Source of the DNA: Octopus bimaculoides
Taxonomy: Eukaryota
Assembly (NCBI RefSeq): GCF_001194135.2
Contig: NC_068989.1
Location: 41,257,421 to 41,321,420 of the forward strand
DNA: 64,000 nucleotides
Direction of reading: 5' to 3'
Positions 14,404 through 26,662 of this stretch are shown here, one piece after another. Position numbers and translations under genes: made by a program. Position 1 is the first letter of the stretch. Every line of letters begins with the position of its first letter. The notes beneath the pieces are model-generated. The model had not been told where the DNA came from, did not search any database, and worked only from the letters and a program-made list of their open reading frames with translations.

Positions 14404-14474
14404 TTAAGACAACATATCTAATATTCGATCAAAAACCAGCCTGATATCCATTGCAAGTCTTAGTTGACCAGAAA
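14404..14474 (-). CDS. Candidate terminal coding exon (SGQLRLAMDIRLVFDRILDMLS*), phase 1 start
   Basis: Strong acceptor tattgtttttcctag, amphipathic helix then TAA; link to upstream exon unresolved. Confidence 0.4.
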
Positions 14475-14704
14475 CTAGGAAAAACAATATTCCAATAACT
14501 ATGCTACATTTGCAGTTTCTGCTTATACACATGCACACATTCTTTTCTGATCCTATTCTAAGGATAGGACTCTCACAACACAAGCTACTTTCAACACAAG
14601 CTACCTTTAGCATTCAAACCAGCCATATCCAGCCAAAATATTCTACCTGTTTCATGTTCAAACCAGCCAAACCTGGCCTCTCACACTTATCCTACAATGT
14701 CACT

Positions 14705-14933
14705 TTAACCCTTTCATTACTGTATTTATTTTGAGATGCTTTGTGTTTCTATCATTTATTTTAGATATAACAAAGAATTTAGTAAAATAACTTAGTTATC
14801 ATTAAGCTAGTGTTAGGAACATTAATTGTGACTAAGGTTTGGTGGAAGATTTTAATTCAAAATTTATGAAAACAAGACATTTGTACTACAGAGCCAGAGC
14901 CAGTTTCAGCTGGGTTGGTAACGAAAGGGTTAA
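14705..14933. mobile_element. Second piggyBac-type MITE nested at a TTAA inside the first family; truncated copy 7196-7370
   Basis: TTAACCCTTTCATTAC / GTAACGAAAGGGTTAA; the host MITE resumes after it. Confidence 0.8.
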
Positions 14934-15672
14934 AAATAGACAACCATAACTTCGAAATCTTGAAGCTACAAGATAATGCATGATTAATTCAAAACAATGC
15001 ATAAATAAGTATTATTTTTGGCAGAGTACTCTGAATGCTAAAGGTTAAACCTCAAATAAAAGAAAACTGTAAGAAGCCTGCTCGAGTATAAATATTTCTA
15101 TATTAGGACATTTGCAAAAGTCTTCAACATCAGGCTAGACTCTTTCACAACTCCTTCATCTTGACAAATCAACATTCATCATCACCATCATGTTTACCTT
15201 TTTAATGTCCATTTATCATTTATCCAGGATTGCATGAGTCAAATGGTATCCAATAAAGCAGATTTTCTATGGATCCCTTTCCTGTCAACAACATTCACTT
15301 GTTTCCTCCAAGCAACATAACATTTCCCCATACCTAGCTTTTGTCTTGCATGGAAAATTGGAAACGAATGACACTGCCTGTATGATGGTGACACTTGTTT
15401 ACAACACTATGATGTCATTATTGTTCAGTTCTTCAGTCTTTCTAAACAAAGTTAAATGTAGGTAAGACTGAAGAAGACTTATTTCAACATGTTCCGATAA
15501 ATTAACAATGCTCACTCCATATAATTAGAGTCTTAGAAACTACTTCTATCAGTCACCTACAAATGTAAGCGAAATATTACATATTTCCTTCAGAACAAAT
15601 GATCATTCATGTCTAAGAGCCTATGTTAAGAAAAGAATTTTTTAATTATTTACATTAAGAAACTATATTTAC

Positions 15673-15728
15673 CAGTTCGTATGCTGTACGGTAGTTTCTC
15701 AAATTAACAAGAGAGATGACGCTGACAT
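15673..15728 (-). CDS. Candidate exon (VSVISLVNLRNYRTAYEL), phase 1->0
   Basis: Acceptor ttctgtttagtatag, donor CTG|GTAAAT; only one open frame. Confidence 0.55.
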
Positions 15729-17796
15729 CTATACTAAACAGAATACCAATAGCAACAGTCATTCTAAGATAGGGGAATATATCTTCAGTTACACTAATGT
15801 ATTCTTGTGGAAAATCTTACCTAAGTCACATTAGCACACCAGAGATCTAATGAGCACATCTTCTATATTCTACTTTTACAACCATAATATTTATTGATAA
15901 ACCTAAGGGACACAACATTAGTGTATGTAGCTATGAGTTGCTGCCCTTGGATTTCAGATTTATAGACTTTTGTGTGAATCCAGGGGAAATAATTTAGGTC
16001 TCTGTTAATCTGGGCCACTGTTTTATAACATTTATATTTACTCATAGATGCCTCATTTTCTCTCATACATTATTGTAAGTTATTACGTCGCATGCAACAA
16101 GGCAACCTGATAATTGAAATAAATAAAGAGGTTCTAATTTTACAACAAATTAAACCAGATATTTTTGCACATGAAACTTGAGTTGCTGTTCAATACAACT
16201 AAGTTATAGTGTATATAAAAGAAATAATTCATGATTCCAAAATATATCAACTACTTTCAATTGTGGGACTTATCTAGAAGCAAACAGAATATATGTATGC
16301 GCGTGTTTGTGTAGAGTATATATATATATATATCGTGTGTACAGTTAGATGTATGACTGCTAATATTGAGTTTAGAGCTCCGTGTAGATTATCCTCATCC
16401 AGTCTGCTTCTGATACAGTAGTTCAGTTACTACTGTATTTAGTAGTATTACATACAGATCAAGTGTTGGAGAAATTATGATAAATGCAAGTCTATATCAT
16501 TTGGTCCTACATACATTTCCACATTGTGGATGTTTGGAACTCTGTTTCAAGTGCAATTAGATGCTTAACCATAACAAATCAACAGGGAACACTTTTTTGC
16601 ATTATGTTGCAGAGATCCAATGCCTCAACAGTAAAACATATTTAGAAACAAATGATAAAACTTTTTATTGTAATATCCCATATATATATGATAAATATAA
16701 TGGCTAAAGCAGCTGTGCTGCTTCACTTGGCTTCACAGCTGATGGCAAATGATTAGATTTTATTGATGGAAGGGATTTTAACTGATGGTCTTCATTGGTG
16801 AGAGATAAATACAAGAAAAGGATGCTTATATGATAAAACATTAGAATGTTTTAAGTTATAAATTGTTCTAGTTTTAGCTACATGGTGTAGGATAGTATAA
16901 ATCACCAAATCTTGTCAATTTCTCCACAAATAGCAGAACTTCTTGATATACCTCTGCATGTTACTCCACCCAAGATGTGGACTTTGCAAGTCCCACTGCA
17001 GTCAAAAAGGGCAGTAACTTCAAATAAGAACTGATTTTGAATAAAGGCAACCTTTTAGTCCCCCTCACATGGGACAATCTCTCTAGTGCTGGTAGCATGA
17101 TAAGATGCAGTGGTATGCCCTGTAAAGAGGTTGGTGGTAGGAAGGTAACACAGCTAAAAAAAAGTCATGCTACAAGCAAGATTGACATTCTCAAGCCATA
17201 TCACAGGCTACCTGCCTAAGAGAGCAGAATCTACAAATGAAAGCTGGCATAGGGTAGATGTGATAATAGCCCTCCTTGAATGGCACAACCATCTCTAGTG
17301 TCAGTGCTACAATAATGTGCATTTAAGATATGCATAACACCAAAATTAGTCAATTTCCTTAGGCACTTTGTCTGTGAGACGACAAAAATCTAGATTACTA
17401 AGAGAACTTATACCAGCATGGTAACAAAAAAAAAAACAGGTGTAGAAAAGGGACGTGTGAATCGTGAGCTTCTTGCCACACCAACAGTGGAATGTTGTAG
17501 TCTACTATGACTACATTAAATAAACAATTGTTGTAAATTTAAACTTCATTTGTCAGTTTTTATTATAGCTCTGCCACACCATGAGTTCACCTACTTATCA
17601 CATCATTGGTAAATAATTGGAATTGAAAATTACCCAACAGAGTTATCCAGTTCTGTATAACATATATCTTTGACACTGGATTTTTTTTTACTGTCTGCTC
17701 TGTATGATTCTTCTAGCCATCTTGTGGCATTTTACATGTTGATATGCTGATTAATCATGAATCCTTTATATATATATATATATATCATCAAGCAGT

Positions 17797-18178
17797 GGAG
17801 GCGCAATGGCCCAGTGGTTAGGGCAGCGGACTCGCGGTCATAGGATCGCGGTTTCGATTCCCAGACCGGGCGTTGTCAGTGTTTATTGAGCGAAAACACC
17901 TAAAAGCTCCACAAAGCTCCGGCAGGGGATGGTGGCAAACCCCGCTGTACTCTTTCACCACAACTTTCTCTCAATCTTACTTCCTGTTTCTGTTGTGCCT
18001 GTAATTCAAAGGGTCAGCCTTGTCACACTGTGTCACGCTGAATGTCCCAGAGAACTACGTTAAGGGTACACGTGTCTGTGGAGTGCTCAGCCACTTGCAC
18101 GTTAATTTCATGAGCAGGCTGTTCCGTTGATCGGATCAACTGGAAACCTCGACGTCGTAAGCGACGGAGTGCCAACAT
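17797..18178 (+). mobile_element. Full-length tRNA-derived SINE (family D); partial inverted copy 44715-44900
   Basis: A box TGGCCCAGTGG, B box GGTTTCGATTCC; 11-bp TSD CATCAAGCAGT/CATCAAACAGT. Confidence 0.85.
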
Positions 18179-18459
18179 CATCAAACAGTATATTACTGGT
18201 TATGGCATATAACTGGTCAGAAAGTAAACATCAGTTTTGCAACGATTATTGCACTTATCAATATTAATGTCTTTTCATATATGATGACTGGAAGTGCATA
18301 GCATTCTTGATGTTGGAGGTATATTCAGAACCTGACTAGCTCAGTGTTGATAAAAAGAATCATAACAAAACAAAACTTATAACGTATTCCAAGAATGATA
18401 GAAGAGTTATTTCCCATAGATTGATATCAGCTGCTATTGAATCATGTCAATTGAGTGTG

Positions 18460-19240
18460 TGTACATGTACGTCATTCTCTAGTTTGAAAATGGAGACAAT
18501 CATTTTGCCAAAACTAATTTTCACCCATGAAAGCAGCAACTGAATATTTCACTTTTTGAGTTCAGTAAAGCACCCAGATTGTGTGAATATTCCAACAATT
18601 TTCAGTTGATTTTTGTATAACACTGCTTCCTCTTTTAAACCCCATATATAGCTGGTTAACATTGGAATATTGTACCTCTCTTGGATTCTAAAGAAGATTT
18701 GCAACTGTTCAGCCAGGCGTTAATGGAGTCCTCTGTTATCTCAACATATTTCTGTATGCCTATAACTCCATTGTTGTTAGATGACACCACCTCTGCTTCG
18801 TAGACCATGGCTTCTGTGTTGCACCAACCACTCACTGAGACTCTTTGTAAAACCTTCATGAACATTCTACTTCTGTCCAGAGCCTTGGGATACTTGTGCA
18901 CAGCTGAATGAGACCCTATTGAATATCTGATACTTATGACTTTATGTAAAATGCTTATCCAGTGACCTAATCCCATGCAAGCTTCACACTAAGTAGCAAT
19001 GGTGGAGATGGGAGGAAGTAAACAAGATGTCTTTTTGATGGGGCTTTCTCTTTTGGGTCTTAGGGCTGAGCATATAAGCAATGCTTCTTTAAACTCACTG
19101 GCTTCATCAAAAACTTCTGTATTTGAGAACCGATTCAAAATTCTCCCACTGACTGCCTTTACAAGGTTTTTAGAAACTGAAGATGAATGGTGGAAGACTG
19201 GATTGATATACAACAGCCTATGCACACACATTTTAATGAG
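18460..19240 (-). mobile_element. Degraded DNA-transposase remnant, probably Chapaev3-like
   Basis: KNLVKAV, SEFKEALLI and ERYNIPMLTSYIWGLKE resemble KNFVKAM, KIKEGVF and RYQG..MLADYCW.L motifs (recalled, not searched). Confidence 0.4.
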
Positions 19241-19647
19241 CTTCTTCCAGTCTCCATCAACCAAATTTCACTTAAGGACACTGGTCAAGCAACAGTGAAA
19301 GTAGAAATCACTAGCTGATAGTGTAGTCTGCACATTGAGAATGAACCTTCAACCATGTGATTTTGAAGCAAACTTCTTAACCACACAGCCATGTACATGT
19401 ACGTGCATGTTTGTGTCTGTCTGTCCTTATATACGAGTAGGAGTGCAAATATATGTGTGTGAAGGTGTCAACTTGAGTATGTATGTGTGACAGTGGTCTA
19501 AAATAAGAACCAACCGATCAAAACAAAATATATTTCTGAAAAAAATCATAAAAGAATTAAAATGAAATATGAAGCAATGATCTATATTTGTGTGTCAATA
19601 CAGTGACTAATGCACAGGCAAAGCAATAGAGGCGAGAGAAAGTGGAC

Positions 19648-19693
19648 CAATCTTAACAAGAGACTGCTGTTTCCTTAAATCCACCTGTTCTTG
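19648..19693 (-). CDS. Candidate exon (QEQVDLRKQQSLVKI), phase 0->1
   Basis: Good acceptor tttttctttcatgacatttcag, phase fit, but weak donor G|GTCCAC. Confidence 0.45.
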
Positions 19694-19909
19694 CTGAAAT
19701 GTCATGAAAGAAAAACTAAGAAAACGGAGAAAAAAAAGAGCTAAAAATATAAACAAGGAAAATAAACATCTGAAAAGTAAATAACTTATTTAATTGAATT
19801 TCAGTTTTAAAAATTTATTTATATTTTAAAGATTGATGTCAATCAAGTAGAATGTGATTCAGTTTGGACCAAGTGCAGATGTAGAGAGGTGCGTGTGTAC
19901 GTATCATTT

Positions 19910-19954
<45 letters not shown>

Positions 19955-20149
19955 NNNNNNNNNNNNNNNNNNNNNNNNNNNNNNNNNNNNNNNNNNNNNN
20001 NNNNNNNNNNNNNNNNNNNNNNNNNNNNNNNNNNNNNNNNNNNNNNNNNNNNNNACATATATATATATATATATTTGTTTTGCAAGATTTTTTATGTATA
20101 TATACATATATATACATAATATCTAGGTTGAAGAAGTCCTTAAGGAAAT

Positions 20150-21480
20150 ACATAAAGATATGCGAATGTATGCCACAGGGAAACCCTGTTTCAAATAAAA
20201 CCAACTGTAAACCACACGGCTCTTCATTCCCTCGGATTATGCCTAAATGTGGGAATGAGATAAGTGGAATGGTTGATAAGAATAAATTTCTGAGGGCGGT
20301 TAATAATGTTGGAAATGACTTTAAGGGTGGCCGTAAAAAATTATGTAATTGTAGGGGCCCTTCTTTATGTCCTCTCGGCGGACTTTGTTTGTCCACAAAC
20401 GTAGTGTATAAATTTGTAGTTAGAGAAGACGACAAACAAAATAAGTTTTACATTGGAAGTTCAGTGAATTTTAAAGCCAGGTACAGGGCGCACATGAGTT
20501 CCTTTTCTAATGAGAAATATAATTCCACAACACTCGCCTCTTACCTACATGACCTCAAGAGGAGGAATAAGTAGTACTATCTCGAATGGTCAATCTTATC
20601 TAGAACCCCCCAATTTAGGGCTAATATTAGCAAGTGCTAATTATGCATTAGGGAATCCCTTTCCATTCTTAGGTCTTTTGGGCCGAAAACCTTGAATAAG
20701 TTTATCGAGGTAATCCCTTTTTGCAATCTTCCTAAAACTATATAAAAATAAGAATAAGAACAAAAATAATAGTGTTAGTAGTGGTAATAATGGTAGTAAT
20801 GGTGATAGTAATGGTAATGATAGAAGTAAATAAATAGACAAAAATAATTGATATTAAAATAATAATAAAAATATGGATACAATGGTAGTATTTATTTTTT
20901 CATGGTTTACATTGGATTTGAAACCTAATAGTTTTAGTTACCAAACCTGCCTGACTANNNNNNNNNNNNNNNNNNNNNNNNNNNNNNNNNTTGTGCTCTA
21001 TTGTGCATTAAATACGGTGATATACCCCCGAAATGGCCATAGGTGTTCTGTGTTTGTGTTCCACCTATACTCGTAATCCACTATAAATGATGTTTATGGT
21101 TTGACTTTACTGATGTTACCTGCGGAATGGTGAAACTTGGATTTTACTTTGCCACACTTAGGATGTTCTGTTGTTGTTTTGTCCCGTGCACTTCGGTATT
21201 CCTGTTTATGAAATTGAATTTTACCTACTAAATTTGCTGTCATGAGGGAGGTAGTTGAACTTTCGTACTACTTGTCTTGAATTTTTTTTATTGGCCTCAG
21301 CGAATGAACAGTTGTGCTACGTCTCGCTATGTATTATTTTTTTTTATATATATTTTTTCTGTATATATATATATATATACTTTTATTCTACTGTATTTGT
21401 ACCAGTCTCTAATATTTTTGATCAATTTTTAATCGCTGTTTATTTATTTATTTATATTATTCTATTGTATTTTTAATCGA
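20150..21480 (+). mobile_element. Penelope-like element 3' part with GIY-YIG endonuclease remnant
   Basis: CNCRGPSLCPLGGLCLSTNVVYK…FYIGSS..FKARYRAHMSSF…LASYLHDLK*…WSIL…C*LC; in-frame stops. Confidence 0.85.
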
Positions 21481-21685
21481 TTTTTATTCTTATGTATAAA
21501 AATTTTGACCTCCCTTTACTAATTTGGTTTTTGTGGTCTATGTTGTACTTCTTATATGTGGTCAATGTTGGGCTACGGCTTTTCGAGTCGATGACCTAAC
21601 GGTTTCATTCTGCAATTAACTTTATACATATATATATATATATACATATATAATATATACATATATATACATATATAATATATAC

Positions 21686-21716
<31 letters not shown>

Positions 21717-21948
21717 CATATATATACATATATATATATATACATATATATACATATATTATACATATATATATATACATATATATATATATACTTATAT
21801 ATATACATATATTATACATATATATATATATATACATATATATGTACATAAATATAATTCATAGATGAGATCGAGATGTTCTCTATATAGAATACACTTA
21901 GTAGTGCTCAAAATATTCACACTTGAGCAAGTATAGAAGCAAATATGA

Positions 21949-22247
21949 GGATAAGTGAACTAGACAGATCAATATATAATGTATATTAAATACATGGAAT
22001 ACAAAATATGTATATATGTATACATATAAAATGACCCAACTTACACAGAGTACAAATGATATAGAAAATTAAATTAAATTAAATTTTTTTATATCATTTA
22101 ATTTTCTATATCATTAATTTTCTTTAGTTTTGTATACCGTTTGTACTCTGTGTAAGTTGGACCTTTTTATATGCATACATACATACATATTTTGTATTTC
22201 ATGTATTTAATATACTTTATATATTGACCTGTCTAATTTGCTTACTC
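21949..22247. repeat. Fold-back with ~110-bp arms and nested 20-bp inverted repeat
   Basis: CCAACTTACACAGAGTACAAA / TTTGTACTCTGTGTAAGTTGG; inner 22055-22074 vs 22096-22115. Confidence 0.85.
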
Positions 22248-22248
22248 C

Positions 22249-22292
<44 letters not shown>

Positions 22293-22463
22293 CTGGCAAT
22301 ATGAGTGATAATTCCATGAATGTGTATCAAGACATCAGCTAGGAGTTGTGGGTTTGTTTCCCATTGGATACTCAATGTTAGAAGTCTCTTTCATATAAAC
22401 CACTGTAATGAACAAACTGTTACTTAAGCTTCATTCATGCATTTGGTACCCCTTATGAATGCT

Positions 22464-22499
<36 letters not shown>

Positions 22500-23072
22500 T
22501 TAACAGCAGCAGCAGCAATAATTGTTTCTTTAATTTACCACAAAGGTGACAAATGGGGCGACATCACAAAGAGGAAAGACAAAAGGGTAGTTACAAATAA
22601 TGATAATAATAATGATGATGATGATGATAATAATAATAATAATGTTCAAACAAAGAGCTGCAAAAATAAAAAGAATAAAATAAATCAACCAAAAAGAGTT
22701 TGTAAAAAGGAAACACAGAACTGATCAACAAGATGTATTTGTTAATAAGGAAGTTAAAAAAAAAAACAAGAAAATATGTATTTTAAGAATAAACAAAGAA
22801 AGAAAATGTAAAGGAAACATTCATTATAATAATGTCGTTACCTGGTGGCATATTTATCATTTGGTAATTAAATATAAATTGATGTAATCACATGAAATAA
22901 TGTATCAGTAATTATTAATTAAGAAACTGTGTTCACTTTTAATTAGTTCTATCTCAATTATTTCAATTAACCCACTGTACATTTTGCTGAGGCATACTTC
23001 AAGGAAAAGGTCTGAGGTTGTTCTTATAAATAACTGCATAATAGAGAATATAGAAATACTGAACTCACTCAC

Positions 23073-23118
23073 CCTTGATTTCAATTCACTGGTCTGGTTT
23101 TTGAGATTTTTACTTTCA
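23073..23118 (-). CDS. Coding exon (ESKNLKNQTSELKSR), phase 2->0, probable coiled coil
   Basis: Acceptor tttgtttattttcag, donor AGG|GTGAGT. Confidence 0.75.
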
Positions 23119-23367
23119 CTGAAAATAAACAAATTAATTAATTAATTAATTAATACATGCATAATTGATAGCAGTAGTATAAAAATGTCTCTGGGCAGTT
23201 TGCTACAAATCTTACTAAGATTAACATTTTATATATATCATCATCATCATCTTCTAATACCAGTTTTCCAGACTTTGTTGAAGCAGATTTTCTATGGCTG
23301 GATGTCCTTTCCTATTGCTAAACCTTATCTGTAGATATTTAACATTATTACTGGAATAATGTGAAGA

Positions 23368-23705
23368 TGCATGACTCAGTGGTTAGAGCATTGGACTCAC
23401 AATCATGAGATAGTGAGTTCAATTCTCAGACTAGGCTTTGTGTTGTATTCTTGAGCAAGACACTTTTATTTCACATTGCTCCAGTTCACTCAAATGTAGA
23501 AATGAGTTGTAATGTCACTAATGCCAAGCTGTTTCGGCCATTGCTTTTGCTTTGGATAACACCAGTGGTGTGGAGAGGGGAAGTTGGTATGCATGGGAGA
23601 CTGCTGGTCTTTCATAAACAACTTTGCTTGGACTTGTGCCTCAAAGGTTAACTTTCTAGGTGCAATACCATAGTCATTCATGACAGAAGGGGATCTTTAC
23701 CCATT
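23368..23705 (+). mobile_element. tRNA-derived SINE (family E); copies 29510-29822(+), 42185-42520(-), related 34485-34625, 45350-45490, 48290-48555(-), 59955-60115(+)
   Basis: TGACTCAGTGGTTAGA A box, GAGTTCAATT B box, TTGAGCAAGACAC..GCTCCAGTTCACTC body. Confidence 0.8.
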
Positions 23706-23916
23706 ACTAAAATAACCATGAAATTTAATTTTGCAGTTAAAGGGTTAAGGATAAAAGATGGCATTTTATGCCTTTACATAGACTAATTATAGTTTATGTT
23801 GTTATAAAGGCACAAGTCCTTTCACTACTCTGGTGGTTGGCCATGTTTGCTATATCACTCCCCTACTACAGAGATTGGCTTTGCTCTTAATGGAAAGGAG
23901 TAAATTATTTACTTAC

Positions 23917-24066
23917 TGAAGGAAGCCAGCAGACTGAGGTTCATAAACTTCAGCTTCACTAGGAATTTCACTGCGTACCACAACCATCCTTAACCAGTCA
24001 CAGTTCTTTGTTGCTTGTTTCAAGTCGTTTTCATTGCATATGTATACACCATTTACTTCGAGTATC
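23917..24066 (-). CDS. Coding exon, second half of PDZ (RILEVNGVYICNENDLKQATKNCDWLRMVVVR…), symmetric phase 2->2, 150 nt
   Basis: GDRILEVNG…LRMVVVR PDZ motifs; donor CA|GTAAGT; not in the ORF track. Confidence 0.9.
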
Positions 24067-24476
24067 CTTCATGTTTTGGAATCCAGACATCACAGCAAAT
24101 TTAAGTAAATTAAAAAAATAAACAGAAAAAGGCAAGATAGTTATTGGAAAACTAACAACAATAAAAATACAACAATTGGATTCTTCTGTTTTTAATTTCT
24201 TTTTTTTTTTCTCTTTTTTTCTTCCTTCAAAATATATTTCCAACATAAAAAAAATACTATTAACTATTCAGCTCAACAAGGTTTCCAGAAATCAAAAGAA
24301 AATTTACTTCAAACATAAAATAGGAAAATTAAAAGAAAAAGAAAAAGGTAAAGCAAGAAAACATGATAAGAAACAATATAGAAATCTCTTTTACAGACCG
24401 TCATGCGAACTTTACAGTAAATATGCAACAAATGTTTTAAGATAGAAAGAACCAGTTAAATGGAGATTGAGTCTAC

Positions 24477-24655
24477 CTGTCTCCTGGATTGATTTCAAGG
24501 CCTCGAGCCTCATTAATCAGCACATGTCCCTGCTCAGTGGTTTCCACATTAAACTCAAAGTGTGAGTTTTCTGGTCGGCTCACGTCGATGCAGCACACTT
24601 CTTTTCTCTTCTCAAGGCTGAGGAGTTCATACAGTGACACCTGGCGAGCCACGCA
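24477..24655 (-). CDS. Coding exon, first half of PDZ domain (…IDVSRPENSHFEFNVETTEQGHVLINEARGLEINPGD), phase 0->2
   Basis: Open 179 nt; donor AG|GTAGAC; acceptor at 24655 or in-frame alternative 24640; joins next exon as GD-R-ILEVNG (PDZ hallmark). Confidence 0.85.
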
Positions 24656-26662
24656 CTGTTTTGTGGTGGTAGGGGAACACAACCATCAAAATCTGTCTGC
24701 ACTTTTACATACTAATTAGCACACAAAAGTAATTTTTATCGTTATTATTATCATTATTATGATTAGCTTCTTCATGATAGTTTTTTTTTAATGCTTTTTT
24801 TTTCTTCCTCTTTGTTATGATTATCGTTATTTATTCGAAACAGAAACAATAGAGAAATTAAAGAAAGTAGCAAAAAAAAAACCCATCTAATTAGCAACAC
24901 AAAGAATTCCGGAGAGAATAATAAAAGCGCGTTACAATAAGTTTGGTAACTTTTTTCTATTTTTCTTTTCTCAATAAAGAGAGGTTTTTAAATGGCACCA
25001 AATCAAATTAAAAATACTCTAACAATATAAGTTCAAGCAAAGAAGAATATTTTGCTTCGTATTATGCATAAAAACCAAATCTACATACAAACGATTGAAG
25101 TGAAAAGAAGCTTAGAAAAGCAAACTGAAGTTAAATTATATCAATTTAAAAAATTATTTACAGTTAACTGATCAAATAAGCCTGGTAAAAAAATTTATTT
25201 GGAAAAAAAAAATTAAATTTCATGGTTTTGAAGGTATTCTGTTCATAATTAATGTTGTTAATTTGTAAATCTGAATTGTTTTGTTTTTTTTGTATTTTTA
25301 GTGTTAATTTTGGTCCATGTTCTTAATTAGATATAAGCTGTCATGCATGAATGACACACAGTTTGATCAAAGAATTTTGAGATTTTTATAAGCTAAGTCA
25401 TCAATTCATGTAGAATCTGGAAATATTCCTCCAGTTAATTTAGTATTAATGCTCTTGAAGCAATCCATTCTTGGTGCAATCCATTACTGATTCTAATGAG
25501 AATTAATATTTACAGCTTTTATCATTTTTTACTTGTTTCAGTCATTAGACTGTGGCCATGCTGGGCACCACCTTGAAGAATTTTTAGTTGAATGAATTGA
25601 CCTCAGTACTTTCTCTATCGGTTTCATTTAGCGAACTGCTAAGTTACAGGGATGCAAACACACCAACATCAGTTGTCAAGCAGTAGGAGACAAACTGAGA
25701 TACAAAGACACACACATAGATATAAATATATATATATGATTGACTTCTTTCAATTTCCGTCTACCAAATCCAATTAGAAGGCTGTGGTCACCTTGAGGTT
25801 ATAATAGAAGACACTTGCCCAAGGTACCACACAATGAGACTGAACCCAGAACCATGTGGTTGGGAAGCAAGCTTCTTATCACACAGAGCTACTCCTTTAA
25901 AATCCCTTTTACTTTTCAGCAAGAGAATAGTTTTGTTCTAAATACTGGACATTGAATATATTAATGACTTTGATCCATTATTGATTTCTAATACTGGCAC
26001 AAGTCCAAAAGTTTCCTCATCATCTTTCAATGGCCATAACCATTTCATTACACCCGGAATTGCTGACCCCTTTCAGTTTCAGCTGGTCCTTGATTTTATG
26101 TAAGTTTCTGATACTAACATCAGTAAAGTTAAATAGTCTTCTACTAGGATATGGAAGTCTCAAAAATATAACATCTAGTATTCAGCATGATAACAGTGGC
26201 CAGCAAAACTACCCTGCATTGAGCAGTAATGGGAGCAATGGACAGCATGTGCCCATAAATTATTTCTTTGGTCTTGTGCTCATTCCACGAGAAATTTTGA
26301 ATCCACATGAGAAACCTGAAAGACATACCATCAGGGCAGGCTTGAAACTAGTGAAACCCTAGAATTCCCTAGTGATGTATTCAGAGTCCAAATTTTGGCT
26401 CCAGGAAAAGAAGAATGCTCCCTACAAGAATGCTCCCTACACATGCCCTTAAGAAGGCAAGCCTTGTTGACTCTATGATTATATGATTGCCAGATGTTGT
26501 GAAGCTTGTTACAGGCACTCCAGGTTCATACCTTGCATGCCAAGAAGTCTTTCTTACTATCATCAATATAGGACTAAAAGTTATAGGAAGGGCACAGTTG
26601 AGTAAATCAACCCCAGTACTAGACATGGACTATATTTTATCAATTCACCCCACCACTACCAG

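Noticed and set aside
17797-17875. tRNA gene
   Set aside because: A/B boxes are present but it continues into a 380-bp body with a TSD and has a partial second copy: a SINE head
21100-21150. Hammerhead-like CTGATG…GAAAC
   Set aside because: Core A9 missing and no convincing stems I/III
22905-23072. Read-through of the 75-aa ORF, or a 39-nt intron to acceptor 23033
   Set aside because: Strong GTGAGT donor at 23072 with a phase-compatible downstream exon explains it; the continuation hits a stop with no usable donor
26030-26626. Overlapping 80-110-aa ORFs and a FSCGFKISRG PDZ-like word
   Set aside because: Stop follows within 8 codons, no donor, and the exon chain closes without it
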